A stretch of 60,973 bases of DNA from Guillardia theta CCMP2712 (Eukaryota; Protista; Cryptophyta). The translations under genes were made by a program, and so were the position numbers. Under the pieces are notes generated by a model. It was not told where the DNA came from. It worked only from the letters and a program-made list of their open reading frames with translations, and made no database searches. The stretch is from contig NW_005434485.1 of NCBI RefSeq assembly GCF_000315625.1, positions 1 through 60,973 of the forward strand. The letters run 5' to 3'. Below, one piece after another: positions 59,345-60,973 of the stretch (within the stretch, counting starts at the first letter, position 1; each line of letters starts with the position of its first letter).

Positions 59345-60548
59345 CGTGTCGTCTCCCTCGTCTTCTCCCTCAACTTCCTCCTCCATTCCTCTCCTCTGCT
59401 CGCACCTGAAACATCTGGACCCACAGGAGAACTGCAGCAATGGCTAGAGCAGTCTGGCCGGCATAGTTGGACATGGCGGCAGAGCTCTTGACGATGGAGG
59501 TGTCTGCCTTCGCCTTGGCGAGAAGCTGCCGGGAAAATGCTGGACACGAACATGAGCAAGCGAAGGAAGGATAAGGGAACACGGAAGAGAAGGAGAGGGA
59601 GGGGGGGAAGAGAGAGGGGAGGGAGAAGAGAGGGAAGAGGGAGAGGGGAGAGTAGGAGGAGTGAGAGAGAGATATGGAGATGGAGAAGAAGAGGGGAAGG
59701 GAGATGGGGGGAAAAGAGAAGGGGAACAGATGAAGGAGGAGGAATAGAGGAGGGGGACGGGACGAGAGGAGAAGACAGCAAGGCACATATCAGACCTCTT
59801 GTGGTCATGTTGAGACCAACACACTCCGTTGCGTTAGGATCCAGCGAGCAGTCGACAATATCGCACGACTGCGCCTGCTCGTTAGCTCCTTCCCTTCCCT
59901 CTCTCCCCTCCTCTCCTCTCCTCTCCTCTCCTCTCCTCTCCTCTCCTCTCCTCTCCTCTCCTCTCAACCTGGTTGGCAAATGCGATGATGATGATGACAC
60001 AAGTAACAATCCTCAGGATATTCCATAGACCCACGAGGCCTCTGAGGTAAGAGGGATCAACACAAAGACGGAACGAGATACGAACAGAAACAGCTGAACA
60101 AACACTGATTGTGCAATCATAAAGATCATGACGACGCTGACTATGACGAGAGTTGAAGAAAATGATAATGATCACATTAAAAGACAAGAGGAAATGACGA
60201 TGATAATGAACGATGGTAACCACAACAACAATTCAACATCATAATCCGTGCTATCGGCACCGTCAATATATTCATCTCCGCTCCTCCTCACCTGGGTAGA
60301 TGCATCGTGAACCTTCCTATCGATACAGGCAACATCAACTTCCTTTTAAGTTGAGATGCGATCATTAAAATCTGTGAAGAACAGCAAAGTAAGAGACAAG
60401 ATTGCAAGTTGGGATGAGCTGAAAACCTGAACTGCAAGGGTGCCAATAGCGATGATAACAAGAAGAATCCTTATGCCCTTCATGATCGTTTCAGGAGCAG
60501 CAGAGGAGGGAGGAAGAGAAGGAGAGAAACAACACAAACAACAACACA

Positions 60549-60584
<36 letters not shown>

Positions 60585-60870
60585 CACACAAACAGCAACA
60601 ACAATAACAACAAATAGCAGCAGCAGCTGCTGCTGTAGCAAAACATCAGCATCGTCATTAGCATCAACGTCAACAAGACGACAAACAAACTTCACCACTG
60701 CGTTCGGGTCGCACGACGACGGATCCCTGACATGTCCCAGCATGAAGGTCAGGAGCATGAGGAAATAACTGATCTCCTTGAGGCAGAAAATCTTGAGGCC
60801 AAATCCTTGCCACTTGAGCTCTAGCGTCTTGCGGACAGCAGGATGCTTGAAGGACTCGTTGTCATCTGTT
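55840..60870 (-). CDS. TRP-like (6-TM) cation channel, C-terminal part; 5' end lies beyond the window, 3' end uncertain
   Basis: Pre-S1 HPAVRKTLELKW; LWNILRIV; AAVLLWVQMFQ; IGIMFGDLYHSLFMILILIAAFGSAL; S6 VTIGMLNILIAQLTITYDKL. Confidence 0.78.
57098..57914. other. Assembly gap
   Basis: N run. Confidence 1.
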
Positions 60871-60973
60871 GAGAAGAGTGAGGGGTATGAAGAGAGGGAG
60901 AGGGAGAGGGAGAGGGAGAGGGGGAGGGAGAGGGAGAGGGAGAGGGAGAGGGAGAGGGAGAGGGAGAGGGAGA

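Overview
Intron-rich, microsatellite-laden eukaryotic nuclear DNA. Short GT-AG introns, purine/pyrimidine repeats inside introns, and Zn2Cys6 plus FEA1 genes suggest a cryptophyte alga such as Guillardia theta (inference only). The first ~15 kb looks subtelomeric and unusual. A minus-strand element encodes an intronless ~715-aa ORF1p-like protein and is joined at its 5' end to 15 strictly alternating TTTAGGG/TTGAGGG telomere-type repeats. Next is a ~12-kb head-to-tail array of 7-8 near-identical copies of a triple-Zn(II)2Cys6 gene. Copies alternate between a long form carrying a 114-nt GT-AG segment and a mostly 5'-truncated form lacking it precisely. One copy is interrupted by a gag-only LTR element with a 5-bp TSD, and a scrambled relic of the telomeric element closes the array. 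The rest is ordinary genic DNA: pyruvate kinase, a GT23/FUT8-like fucosyltransferase, an MFS transporter, another Zn2Cys6 factor, a FEA1-family iron protein, a large polycystin-2-like channel with CUB and C2 domains, a TTLL ligase, an EF-hand membrane protein and part of a TRP-like channel. There are three assembly gaps. Exon boundaries were read by eye and are approximate.
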